A stretch of DNA of 64,000 bases from an uncultured Ruminococcus sp. GTDB taxonomy: Bacteria; Bacillota; Clostridia; Oscillospirales; Acutalibacteraceae. The notes under the pieces are model-generated. The model was given only the letters and a program-made list of their open reading frames with translations, was not told the origin of the DNA and searched no databases. The translations under genes and the position numbers were made by a program. Below, piece by piece: positions 51,109-59,492 of the stretch. Position 1 is the stretch's first letter; each line of letters starts with the position of its first letter. Location of the stretch: NCBI GenBank assembly GCA_902785365.1, contig CACZYC010000002.1:5011-69010 (forward strand), read 5' to 3'.

Positions 51109-51774
51109 TTATTTTACTAATCTATAAAACATTTTAACAGCTTCATCCAAGGGATACTGTTTGCCGTAAACAGAGGAGGAACCGGCTACAAATATATCGG
51201 CACCGTTTTCCCTCATTTCGGCACAATGATCCCAGCTGACATGGCCGTCAACCTCAATTTTTATATCCCTGCCGCATTCGTCCACAATGCTTCTGAGCTC
51301 AGCGAGTCTATCCATACTCCCGGGAGCCATAGGCTGTCCGGCAAAGCCGGGATAAACAGTCATCAGCAAAAACGCGTCAACCTCAGACATAAAGTCCTTG
51401 ACAACATTGACAGGAGTATCGGGGCTGATAGCGAGACACGGTGAAGCTCCTCGTGAACGAATTTCCGCCAAAACGGAATTAACGTCCTCGCAAGCCTCGA
51501 AATGAACCGATACCATATCACCCTTGGATATCTCCATAGCGTCAAAAAACTGCTGTGGTTCAAATGCCATAAGATGAATATCACGGCGGATATTCTTCAT
51601 AGGTCTTTTGAAACTTTTAACCATATTGGTATCAAAAGTTATGTTTGGGACAAACTTGTTGTCCATAAAGTCAATATGAAGAAACTCAACTCCCAAAGAG
51701 TCAAGTTCCTCAATTTCATTCTGAAGATTAAGCAAGTCAGCGCACATCACTGACGGAGATAACATTCCAGCCAT
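51109..51774 (-). CDS. Ketose-phosphate 3-epimerase (Rpe family, AlsE-like)
   Basis: SPSVMCAD, HIDFMD..FVPN, DIHLM, MTVYPGFAGQ, IEVDG, FVAGSS. Confidence 0.85.
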   Translation of the reverse strand: MAGMLSPSVMCADLLNLQNEIEELDSLGVEFLHIDFMDNKFVPNITFDTNMVKSFKRPMKNIRRDIHLMAFEPQQFFDAMEISKGDMVSVHFEACEDVNSVLAEIRSRGASPCLAISPDTPVNVVKDFMSEVDAFLLMTVYPGFAGQPMAPGSMDRLAELRSIVDECGRDIKIEVDGHVSWDHCAEMRENGADIFVAGSSSVYGKQYPLDEAVKMFYRLVK

Positions 51775-51783
51775 AACGCACCT

Positions 51784-52836
51784 TTAGTCGATAACAACCA
51801 TTACCTTACTGTAAAATTCTTTGCCCTCTTTCATAATTTCAAGCCCTTTGTCCATATCCTCAAGGCTGAATTTATGAGTTATGAGAGGTTTAACCTTAAC
51901 CGCTCCCGAAGACATCGCGTCAACAACTACGCTCCAGTCACTCTGAGGAGTGTTGTTATAAGCGGAGTTCCATGTGCCGAAAATTTGGAGCTGTTTTCTT
52001 AAAATCTGCCAGTAGGTGTTCTGAGCGAACGTGAAATTACCGTGGGGGTTGCCCACAAAAATGACCTTTCCGCCCGAAGCCACACTGTCAAGACAGTTGT
52101 TGGCGGTTACGGCGATACCCACAGCTTCAATGGCTATATCCGCGCCGTTACCGTCAGTTTGTTCCATAATCCACTCGATAGGATCACCGTGGGAAGCATT
52201 AAAGTAATTATAAAAGCCGAGACTCTCGATGAATTCATAATTATTCATATCAGTTCCGACAAGAAGAACTTTTCCCGCGCCCCAGGCTCTCGCCCACTGA
52301 GCGATAAGCATACCTATGGTTCCGGGACCGTAAATTACTACGGTATCGCCGATTTCAACACCCGCGCGTCTTAACGCGTGAAGAGCAACCGCCGTAGGCT
52401 CAGCCATAGCGGCTTCCTCAAATGACACATTGTCAGCGATTGGAACAAGGTTCCACACGGGAACTCTGACATATTCGGCAAAAGCTCCGTCGGAACGCGA
52501 GCCGAGATAATCATAGTTCTTGCAGGTTTCGTAAACGCCTTTATTGCAGCTTGTACATTCACGACAAGGAATAAGCGGAAATACAGCCGCGCGTGTGCCG
52601 ATATACTTCTCGTTTTCCTTTGAAGCGGCAGCCACAACCTCGCCCGCGAACTCATGTCCCGGGATTGTGGGAAAATGATAAGTGCCGTTTACAAAAATTC
52701 TGGGAATATCGGAACCGCAAATACCACAAGCCTTTACTTTCATAAGAACTTCGTCGGGTTTAAGCTCGGGAATGGGATAATCCTCGTATTTCAGATCGCC
52801 GACCGCGTGTAAAACTCTCGCTTTCATTGTATCCAT
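51784..52836 (-). CDS. Zn-dependent alditol-phosphate dehydrogenase (GatD/sorbitol dehydrogenase-like MDR)
   Basis: CGICGSD, GHE, structural Zn CRECTSC...C, Rossmann GPGTIG, WNS. Confidence 0.88.
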   Translation of the reverse strand: MDTMKARVLHAVGDLKYEDYPIPELKPDEVLMKVKACGICGSDIPRIFVNGTYHFPTIPGHEFAGEVVAAASKENEKYIGTRAAVFPLIPCRECTSCNKGVYETCKNYDYLGSRSDGAFAEYVRVPVWNLVPIADNVSFEEAAMAEPTAVALHALRRAGVEIGDTVVIYGPGTIGMLIAQWARAWGAGKVLLVGTDMNNYEFIESLGFYNYFNASHGDPIEWIMEQTDGNGADIAIEAVGIAVTANNCLDSVASGGKVIFVGNPHGNFTFAQNTYWQILRKQLQIFGTWNSAYNNTPQSDWSVVVDAMSSGAVKVKPLITHKFSLEDMDKGLEIMKEGKEFYSKVMVVID

Positions 52837-52850
52837 AGGTCTACCTCCTA

Positions 52851-53540
52851 TCAGGAATTAATTATAGTTTCAAAAGTTTCTAAATCTTCTACTGTTGTAA
52901 TTTTAAAATTTCTCTCGCTGCCTTCAACCAGTCGAATATTCATTCCATGGCGGTAAGCAATCTCGCTGCTGCCGGCGGTTGAAGCAATCTCATCATCCGA
53001 GACTGAATTATGTATATCAAGATATTTTTTGAAATCAAAGCTTTCGGGAGCCTGCCCGGCAAATAGCTCACTGCGCTTGAGAAGGTGGTCGATGGACTTG
53101 CCGTCCTTACTCTGATACACGGTATCTTTAACAGTAATGACAGGCATAGCGCCGTCATCTTCCGTAGCGCCGATAATACAGTCAGAAATTATCTTGTCGG
53201 AAACAAGCGGACGCGCGGCGTCGTGAACGATACAAACTTTTGTATCAGGCGCATTCTCCTCGGCGGATTTAAGTCCGTTAAAAATGGAATGTTGGCGGGT
53301 TTTTCCGGCAGGAGCGTAACCGCAGACCTTGGAAATCCCGTACTTCTTTACGTTTTCTTCAACATAATCCTTCCATTCGTCACTGACTACTATGACAATC
53401 TTATCGATTTCGCTGTGCTTTTCAAAAATTTCAAGGCAGTAAACGATAATAGGCTTTTCGTTAACAATGAGATATTGCTTAGGCTTGTCAACGCCCATTC
53501 GACTTCCGACTCCGCCCGCTAGAATTATAGCTGTATTCAT
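52851..53540 (-). CDS. IspD/TarI-family alditol-phosphate cytidylyltransferase
   Basis: LAGGVGSRMG..KPKQY, HDAARP, GQAPE, NFKITT..DL; operon context favours a polyol-P substrate over MEP. Confidence 0.85.
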   Translation of the reverse strand: MNTAIILAGGVGSRMGVDKPKQYLIVNEKPIIVYCLEIFEKHSEIDKIVIVVSDEWKDYVEENVKKYGISKVCGYAPAGKTRQHSIFNGLKSAEENAPDTKVCIVHDAARPLVSDKIISDCIIGATEDDGAMPVITVKDTVYQSKDGKSIDHLLKRSELFAGQAPESFDFKKYLDIHNSVSDDEIASTAGSSEIAYRHGMNIRLVEGSERNFKITTVEDLETFETIINS

Positions 53541-53638
53541 ACCTGCCTCCTTGTATCATGCTGTCAAAACTGAAAAATCGTAAAGCACCGAGAGCTCTTT
53601 ACGGATTACTCATTATTCATAGGTACACTTATTTAATA

Positions 53639-53667
53639 ATTTTACCAAAAAAGCCATATAAAGTCAA
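53639..53667 (-). promoter_or_regulatory. Proximal SigA-type promoter of the polyol operon
   Basis: TTGACT, 17-bp spacer, TAAAAT. Confidence 0.55.
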
Positions 53668-53707
53668 CAAAATGACAGAATAACCCTAATTATTATTTCA
53701 CATTTTA

Positions 53708-53736
53708 AGTATAATCTTAATGGTGAATACTGTCAA
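53708..53736 (-). promoter_or_regulatory. Distal SigA-type promoter of the polyol operon
   Basis: TTGACA, 17-bp spacer, TATACT. Confidence 0.6.
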
Positions 53737-53827
53737 TTGTTGTAAAAAGAATGTAACTTTTTATAAAATCAGATACTTCTTGATTTGAAAAGCCGATTGT
53801 GTTAATATTTACACGGATGTGATTTTT

Positions 53828-54781
53828 ATGAACTCAAATACAACAGAATCATTGAGGAAAACTTCGAGCGGCCTTGGATTTATGCTTTTCGCCGCGTCGC
53901 TTTGTATGTACGCGATTTCGCTGATTGCCGGTTTTTTATTTTACAAAAAATTGGACACAACATCACTGTTGCTGCTCGATGTACTTGCCTCAATAGTGGG
54001 ATTATTTATTGTAGGATTACTCTACTGCCTGTTCTCAAAAACAAATTTGGGAAGTGTTATCAAAATAAAATGGGTAAGTCTTAGTCTAGCCGCGCCGCTT
54101 ATTATGGCTGCTTTGACAATATCATTAACCGCTGATTTTCTGACCGATTTACTTCAAAACAGCTTTGCGGTGTTTGGCGTGGAAAACAACGTGAATTTAT
54201 CCGTTGAATCCAAGACATTAATTGAAAATATCGTAAATATAATAGCGGTTTCAGTGATCCCGCCGCTTGTTGAGGAATTCTTGTTCCGAGGCATTGTACT
54301 CGGCAAACTGAGAATTTTCGGGGATGCTTTCGCTTTGTTTTTATCCTCGGCACTCTTCGCGATTATGCACGGCAACATCATTCAAATTCCCTTCGCGTTT
54401 ATCGTCGGACTCGCGCTTGCGTTCCTCACAATCAAGACCAACTCTCTTCTCCCCGCAATAGTTGTACACTTTATTGTGAATTTCAGGAGCGTAATAATTT
54501 CCATTTTATTGGACAACAATGTAATAGACGAAAACATATTAAACAACATTTATCTTATATGTATATTTGTTATATTCGTATTGGGTATTATCTCAGCGGC
54601 TGTACTAAGCAGAAAAAAGAACATTATCAAATTAAGTTCCCGAGATGATATTCCCTTCAGAGAAGCTGTTAAAAGCTCAATGTTTTCTGCGGGTATATTA
54701 GTTTTTATGATTTATTCAATACTGATAACTTTTCAGACTATTTCGATAAGCTGGTTGGATTTCAGCAAATACTTGTTTTGA
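53828..54781 (+). CDS. CPBP (Abi/CAAX) family intramembrane metalloprotease
   Basis: Multiple TM helices, EEFLFRG, FAIMH, HFIVN; ATG 53828 behind GGATGTGA. Confidence 0.9.
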   Translation: MNSNTTESLRKTSSGLGFMLFAASLCMYAISLIAGFLFYKKLDTTSLLLLDVLASIVGLFIVGLLYCLFSKTNLGSVIKIKWVSLSLAAPLIMAALTISLTADFLTDLLQNSFAVFGVENNVNLSVESKTLIENIVNIIAVSVIPPLVEEFLFRGIVLGKLRIFGDAFALFLSSALFAIMHGNIIQIPFAFIVGLALAFLTIKTNSLLPAIVVHFIVNFRSVIISILLDNNVIDENILNNIYLICIFVIFVLGIISAAVLSRKKNIIKLSSRDDIPFREAVKSSMFSAGILVFMIYSILITFQTISISWLDFSKYLF

Positions 54782-54783
54782 TT

Positions 54784-55242
54784 ATGACTAAAGAAGATTA
54801 TATGAGAATGGCGCTCGCGGAAGCCCGAAAAGCGTATAAACTCGGGGAAATTCCGATAGGCGCGGTAATCACAAAAGACGATAAAATAATCTCCGCCGCG
54901 TATAACAGACGTGAAACAGGCAAAAACGCCCTTTTTCACGCGGAAACTGAGGCGATATACAAAGCCTGTGAAGCTCTCGGAGGCTGGAGGCTGTGGGAGT
55001 GCGAGCTCTACGTTACGCTTGAGCCCTGCCCCATGTGCGCCGGAGCTATTGTAAACGCGAGAATCCCAAAAATATACTTCGGCGCGTATGACCTCAAAAA
55101 CGGCGCGTGTTCATCAAACCTTAATATTTTCAATATGAAAGATAATTTCAGACCTGAATACGAAGGCGGGGTTTTATCGGACGAGTGCAGTGAGATAATT
55201 AAAAAGTTTTTCAGAGAACTAAGAGAAACGGCAGACAGCTAA
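54784..55242 (+). CDS. tadA: tRNA-specific adenosine deaminase
   Basis: GEIPIGAV, HAE, TLEPCPMCAGA, RI..IYFGAYD.K.GA. Confidence 0.9.
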   Translation: MTKEDYMRMALAEARKAYKLGEIPIGAVITKDDKIISAAYNRRETGKNALFHAETEAIYKACEALGGWRLWECELYVTLEPCPMCAGAIVNARIPKIYFGAYDLKNGACSSNLNIFNMKDNFRPEYEGGVLSDECSEIIKKFFRELRETADS

Positions 55243-55255
55243 TCGCTGTCTGCCG
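55229..55255. terminator. Perfect hairpin spanning the overlapping stops of tadA and cca
   Basis: cggcagacagc-taatc-gctgtctgccg, with T-rich flanks on both strands. Confidence 0.6.
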
Positions 55256-56597
55256 ATATTTCTTTATAAATTTCAAATGCTTCCTTTTTGAGATATACAT
55301 TGTCATTCTCAAAGGTCCCGTCAATAACGCCGTCAAGGAGTCTTTCGAGGATATCACCGATGATTTTCCCTTCGGTAATGCCCAGATGAATCAAATCAGA
55401 GCCGTTAATTTCAAGGCTCTTTAAAGAATAACACTCCTTGTTATCAATAATGCTCTTATATGTATCACAGGCAAGATTAAGGTTCTGAAGCTTTATCTCG
55501 CGCTTATACTTGGACTGCGAGAGGATATCAGCTTTCTGAACTTTGAGCAATCTTTCAAAATTAACAATACCTATATTATTGAGGACGTGCTTTATTTTCT
55601 TTTTGTTATCAGAAAATCTAACGTCGTGATACTCAACAAGCGTTACAATATCGTCTATAAATTTTGCGGGATATTTCAATCGCTCCAAGGCGTTTTTAGC
55701 TAAAACAGCGCTGAAATGGTTGTGACCTTTAAAATGGTCTCTGCCGCTGCTGTCAGTTTTCAGCGCGAGAGGTTTGCCGATATCGTGCATAAACATCGTC
55801 ATTCTCAGGGTCAGATTGCTTTCAATATTTGAAACAGCCGCCGTGGTATGCCGCCAAACATTCTTGTTGTGATGCGGAGTATTTTGCTCGCACTCAAACG
55901 TGGCTACAATTTCAGGGATAAATACTGATATTACATCCTTATATCTGCGCAGGATGAAGTTAATATTGTCTCCGCACAGCATTTTACTGAACTCGTTCTG
56001 AATTCTCTCGGCAGAAATATTATTAAGAAGCAGTCTGTTGCGAACGATAGAGTTTGAAGTGGTTCCTTCTATGCTCAGATTGTAGGTTGACGCAAACCTG
56101 AGCGCCCTGAGTATTCTCAAAGCGTCCTCGTTGAAGCGTTTGTCAGGATCGCCAACACATCTCAACGCTTTATACTGCAAATCGATCTCGCCGTTGAACG
56201 GATCAACAAGCCCGTTATCGTCGTTATACGCCATAGCGTTTACGGTGAAATCCCTGCGGGATAAATCCTCCTCCAGACTGCTCGTAAAACTTACGCTGTC
56301 GGGACGGCGGTTGTCGGAGTAGGCACCGTCAAGACGATATGTAGTAATCTCATAGGGTGTGTAGTCAATTACAACCGTGATTGTCCCGTGCTTTTCACCG
56401 ACTTCAATAAGCTGATAATCCGAAAACAAGCTTTTTATTTCGTCGGGTTTTGCCGAAGTGGTGATATCCCAGTCATTAGGTTCAATACCGAGCAGGCTGT
56501 CGCGGACACACCCGCCCACAACATATGCCTCGAAGCCGCTGTTATTCAATTTTGAAATCAATGAATTAACATTCTCAGGAATACTAATCTTCAACAA
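55239..56597 (-). CDS. cca: CCA tRNA nucleotidyltransferase with HD domain
   Basis: VGGCVRD, DWDITT, DLSRRDFTVNAMA, RFNEDALRILRA, HDIGK. Confidence 0.93.
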   Translation of the reverse strand: MLKISIPENVNSLISKLNNSGFEAYVVGGCVRDSLLGIEPNDWDITTSAKPDEIKSLFSDYQLIEVGEKHGTITVVIDYTPYEITTYRLDGAYSDNRRPDSVSFTSSLEEDLSRRDFTVNAMAYNDDNGLVDPFNGEIDLQYKALRCVGDPDKRFNEDALRILRALRFASTYNLSIEGTTSNSIVRNRLLLNNISAERIQNEFSKMLCGDNINFILRRYKDVISVFIPEIVATFECEQNTPHHNKNVWRHTTAAVSNIESNLTLRMTMFMHDIGKPLALKTDSSGRDHFKGHNHFSAVLAKNALERLKYPAKFIDDIVTLVEYHDVRFSDNKKKIKHVLNNIGIVNFERLLKVQKADILSQSKYKREIKLQNLNLACDTYKSIIDNKECYSLKSLEINGSDLIHLGITEGKIIGDILERLLDGVIDGTFENDNVYLKKEAFEIYKEISADSD

Positions 56598-57009
56598 TAC
56601 AGCCCTCTAAATACTTTTTAATAAGTGTGTCGTTTTCAAAGGAAATCCTCTTGATAAAAACAAGATACAATACCTCAAATATCAATATAACAATCGGGAA
56701 AAAGGCAGATATCAACGAAGCGGAAATTACAGCCATAACAATGCTCTCTACACAAAACCCCGCGAGTATCCCGAGGAGAAGCAGGACATATCTGCTTACG
56801 GAAAAGTTTCCATTGAGAATATTACCCTCAATCCTGCCGTAAAACGTCCGCGTCATAAAGTTAGAGTGCTTGCCTCGGTCATCGGTTGTATAAAGCTTAA
56901 TTTTATTATTGTCTACGCTTCCGCCCAGCTTTATGCCGCTGCTAAGATATTTGTTGTCCAGGTCAACGGATAACTGACGCGCGAAATCCGAACTAATTTT
57001 ATAATCCAT
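56584..57009 (-). CDS. Hypothetical membrane protein (two C-terminal TM segments)
   Basis: 141-aa ORF packed between the ATPase and cca; hydrophobic YVLLLLGILAGF and LISAFFPIVILIFEVLYLVFI. Confidence 0.65.
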   Translation of the reverse strand: MDYKISSDFARQLSVDLDNKYLSSGIKLGGSVDNNKIKLYTTDDRGKHSNFMTRTFYGRIEGNILNGNFSVSRYVLLLLGILAGFCVESIVMAVISASLISAFFPIVILIFEVLYLVFIKRISFENDTLIKKYLEGCIVED

Positions 57010-57011
57010 AA

Positions 57012-59327
57012 CTAATCCTTCTCAAACAATTTTACACTGAGTGTGTATAATACATTATATAATATAATGGTAATCACAGATAAAATCAACAGTAATATCA
57101 AACTAAATCCCGTCAACTGCTCAAACTTAAAGAACCAGCCAAAGAACAATACGCCGACAGTCAGACAGGTTGTTATAAATAATATCAAAGCGGCTCTCAG
57201 AGCATTTATGGGAATAGAAAGCCTAATTACCGTCATAACTCCGACTAAAGCTACAAGTATTACGGACATTGTGGAAAATTCGCCATATGAAATTCTGTTG
57301 GTAAAGCACAATAATGTAAAAATGTTGGAAACCACCATAAACGATCCGGGCCAGGCTCGTATAATGATATTTTGTAAAAAATTGCCCCTAATCCTGTTAT
57401 GGTTTGGCTGGAGCGCCAAAACAAAGGACGGAATTCCGATAATAAAAGCGTTCGTAAACGAAAGCTGAATCGGTCTAAACGGATAATTTACACTAATAAA
57501 TATGAACGCAAACGCCAGGATAATTGAATAAATAGTCTTTACAATAAACAGCGAAGCGCTTCTCTGGATGTTATTTATGGAACGTCTGCCCTCCGCAACA
57601 ACCTCGGGCAAATGAGCAAAGTCATTGTCCACAAGAACAAGCTGGGACACATTCTTAGCCGCGTCAGAGCCCGAAGAAACCGCAATACTGCAATCTGACT
57701 CCCTTAGCGCGAGGACATCATTCACACCGTCGCCCGTCATAGCGACAGTGTGTTTTTTTTCTTTCAAAGCTATGACAAGCTTACGCTTCTGCTGAGGAGT
57801 AACTCTGCCGAAAACCGTATACTTTTCGGCGACTTCTCTGATTTTTTCATCAGTGTCAAGCGTAGTGACGTCAACACATTTCTCGGCGTTAGGCACGCCT
57901 ACGGATGAAGCTATGCGCTCCACAGTCTTACTGTTGTCTCCTGAAATAATTTTGAGGTCAACGCCCTGCTCGGTGAAATATTTAATGGTTTGTGAAGCGT
58001 TGTCTCTGATTTGATCTTTAATAACCACAAGCGCAATAGGCACTAAACCATCAGGAAACTGCGCGTTTGAAGGGAAAGGATTGTCACTTACAGAGAGTGT
58101 TACAACGCGGTAGTTTTTATCTATGGCGTCAATCCTGTCGAATAATTCATTATTAGAATTATAAATAAACTCAGCCGCGCCAAGAACATAACTCTTGTTA
58201 TTCTCCAACACAGCTCCCGACCATTTTTTCTCCGAAACAAACGGAATTACCTCTAACGCTTTGAGGTAATCGCAGTTGATATAGTCGTCGATAGCTTTGA
58301 TTGTGCTGTTTTTATCGAGAGAGCTCTGCGCCAGAGATTTTAACGCCGTTTCAATCTTATTTATTTCATAATCAAGCGGTACTATATCGACAACCTCTAA
58401 ATCACCGGTCGTCAGTGTGCCTGTTTTGTCAAGGCAAAGCGTGTCTACTCTTGCCAAGGTTTCAATGCAAAATAATTGCTGAACAAGAACACTCTTGCGT
58501 GACAGCCTTATAACGGCAACCGCCAGAACTGTACTTGTGAGAAGAACAAGCCCCTCAGGAATCATCCCGATAAGCGCGGCAACCACGCTTGTTACAGCTT
58601 CTTCAATCGGAATATTATTTATAAAATATTTGTTTATAAACAAAGCTATTCCCACAGGGAAAATAGCTATGGAAACATATGTAATAATCTTATTCAGCGT
58701 ACGCATTATTTCGGAGTTAACCTTTTTGTTCACCTTGGCTTCACTCTGAATTTTAGCAGCGTAATTATCCGCGCCGACACTTCTCACCTTCGCGTAAACC
58801 TCGCCTGAGGCTACAAAACTTCCCGAAAGCAGATTGTCCCCCGCGCTCTTTTCTATCAAATCGCTTTCACCCGTTAAAAGGCTCTCGTTAGCGTAGCAAA
58901 ATCCTGAAACAATCTCGCAGTCACAGGGAATTTGAAGTCCGGAATCGAGAATAATAATATCACCGAGAACGATTTTTTCCGAGGGTATTTCAACGACTTC
59001 GCCAGAGCGCACAGTTTTAATATCGCTTGAAACCACAATGGAAAGCCTGTCAACTGCAATTTTGGATCGGATTTCCTGAACTATACCGATGACAGTGTTT
59101 GCGGCGACAATAATCATAAAAAGCATATCCCTGTACGAACCGACAAGAATAAGCATAACCATAAATATAAGGTTTAGAATATTGAACAGCGTTACGGCAT
59201 TATCAAAAATTATTCTTTTTACCGACTTGGATTTTGTATCTGCGTTGTAGTTTACCAAGCCTTTTTCAATTTGTTTTGAGACTTCCTCGTTTGAGAGAGC
59301 AAGGCTCAACACCTTTTTGTCAATCAT
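57012..59327 (-). CDS. Cation-translocating P-type ATPase (CtpE-like, substrate unknown)
   Basis: TGES, IPEGL, DKTGT phosphorylation site, TGDGVND. Confidence 0.9.
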   Translation of the reverse strand: MIDKKVLSLALSNEEVSKQIEKGLVNYNADTKSKSVKRIIFDNAVTLFNILNLIFMVMLILVGSYRDMLFMIIVAANTVIGIVQEIRSKIAVDRLSIVVSSDIKTVRSGEVVEIPSEKIVLGDIIILDSGLQIPCDCEIVSGFCYANESLLTGESDLIEKSAGDNLLSGSFVASGEVYAKVRSVGADNYAAKIQSEAKVNKKVNSEIMRTLNKIITYVSIAIFPVGIALFINKYFINNIPIEEAVTSVVAALIGMIPEGLVLLTSTVLAVAVIRLSRKSVLVQQLFCIETLARVDTLCLDKTGTLTTGDLEVVDIVPLDYEINKIETALKSLAQSSLDKNSTIKAIDDYINCDYLKALEVIPFVSEKKWSGAVLENNKSYVLGAAEFIYNSNNELFDRIDAIDKNYRVVTLSVSDNPFPSNAQFPDGLVPIALVVIKDQIRDNASQTIKYFTEQGVDLKIISGDNSKTVERIASSVGVPNAEKCVDVTTLDTDEKIREVAEKYTVFGRVTPQQKRKLVIALKEKKHTVAMTGDGVNDVLALRESDCSIAVSSGSDAAKNVSQLVLVDNDFAHLPEVVAEGRRSINNIQRSASLFIVKTIYSIILAFAFIFISVNYPFRPIQLSFTNAFIIGIPSFVLALQPNHNRIRGNFLQNIIIRAWPGSFMVVSNIFTLLCFTNRISYGEFSTMSVILVALVGVMTVIRLSIPINALRAALILFITTCLTVGVLFFGWFFKFEQLTGFSLILLLILSVITIILYNVLYTLSVKLFEKD

Positions 59328-59492
59328 ATAAACCTCAATTAATTGAATTTTTTATAAAATCTGTAAAATCGCTCAAAAATATTAATCAATGCGATTATAC
59401 ATAACAAAAGATTTTGCAAAATAACAGATTACCATTTTATTATACACCATCTTTTCAAAAAATAATAGTGCTATTTGAAAGGAGGTGAATAA

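Noticed and set aside
52851-53540. Calling this gene ispD of the MEP pathway
   Set aside because: No ispF or other MEP gene nearby, the TDD motif is absent, and it is operonic with a polyol dehydrogenase and a TagF-like transferase
59328-59492. Sporulation-sigma promoter for spoIVB
   Set aside because: The AT-rich sequence gives several weak partial matches; none could be assigned with confidence
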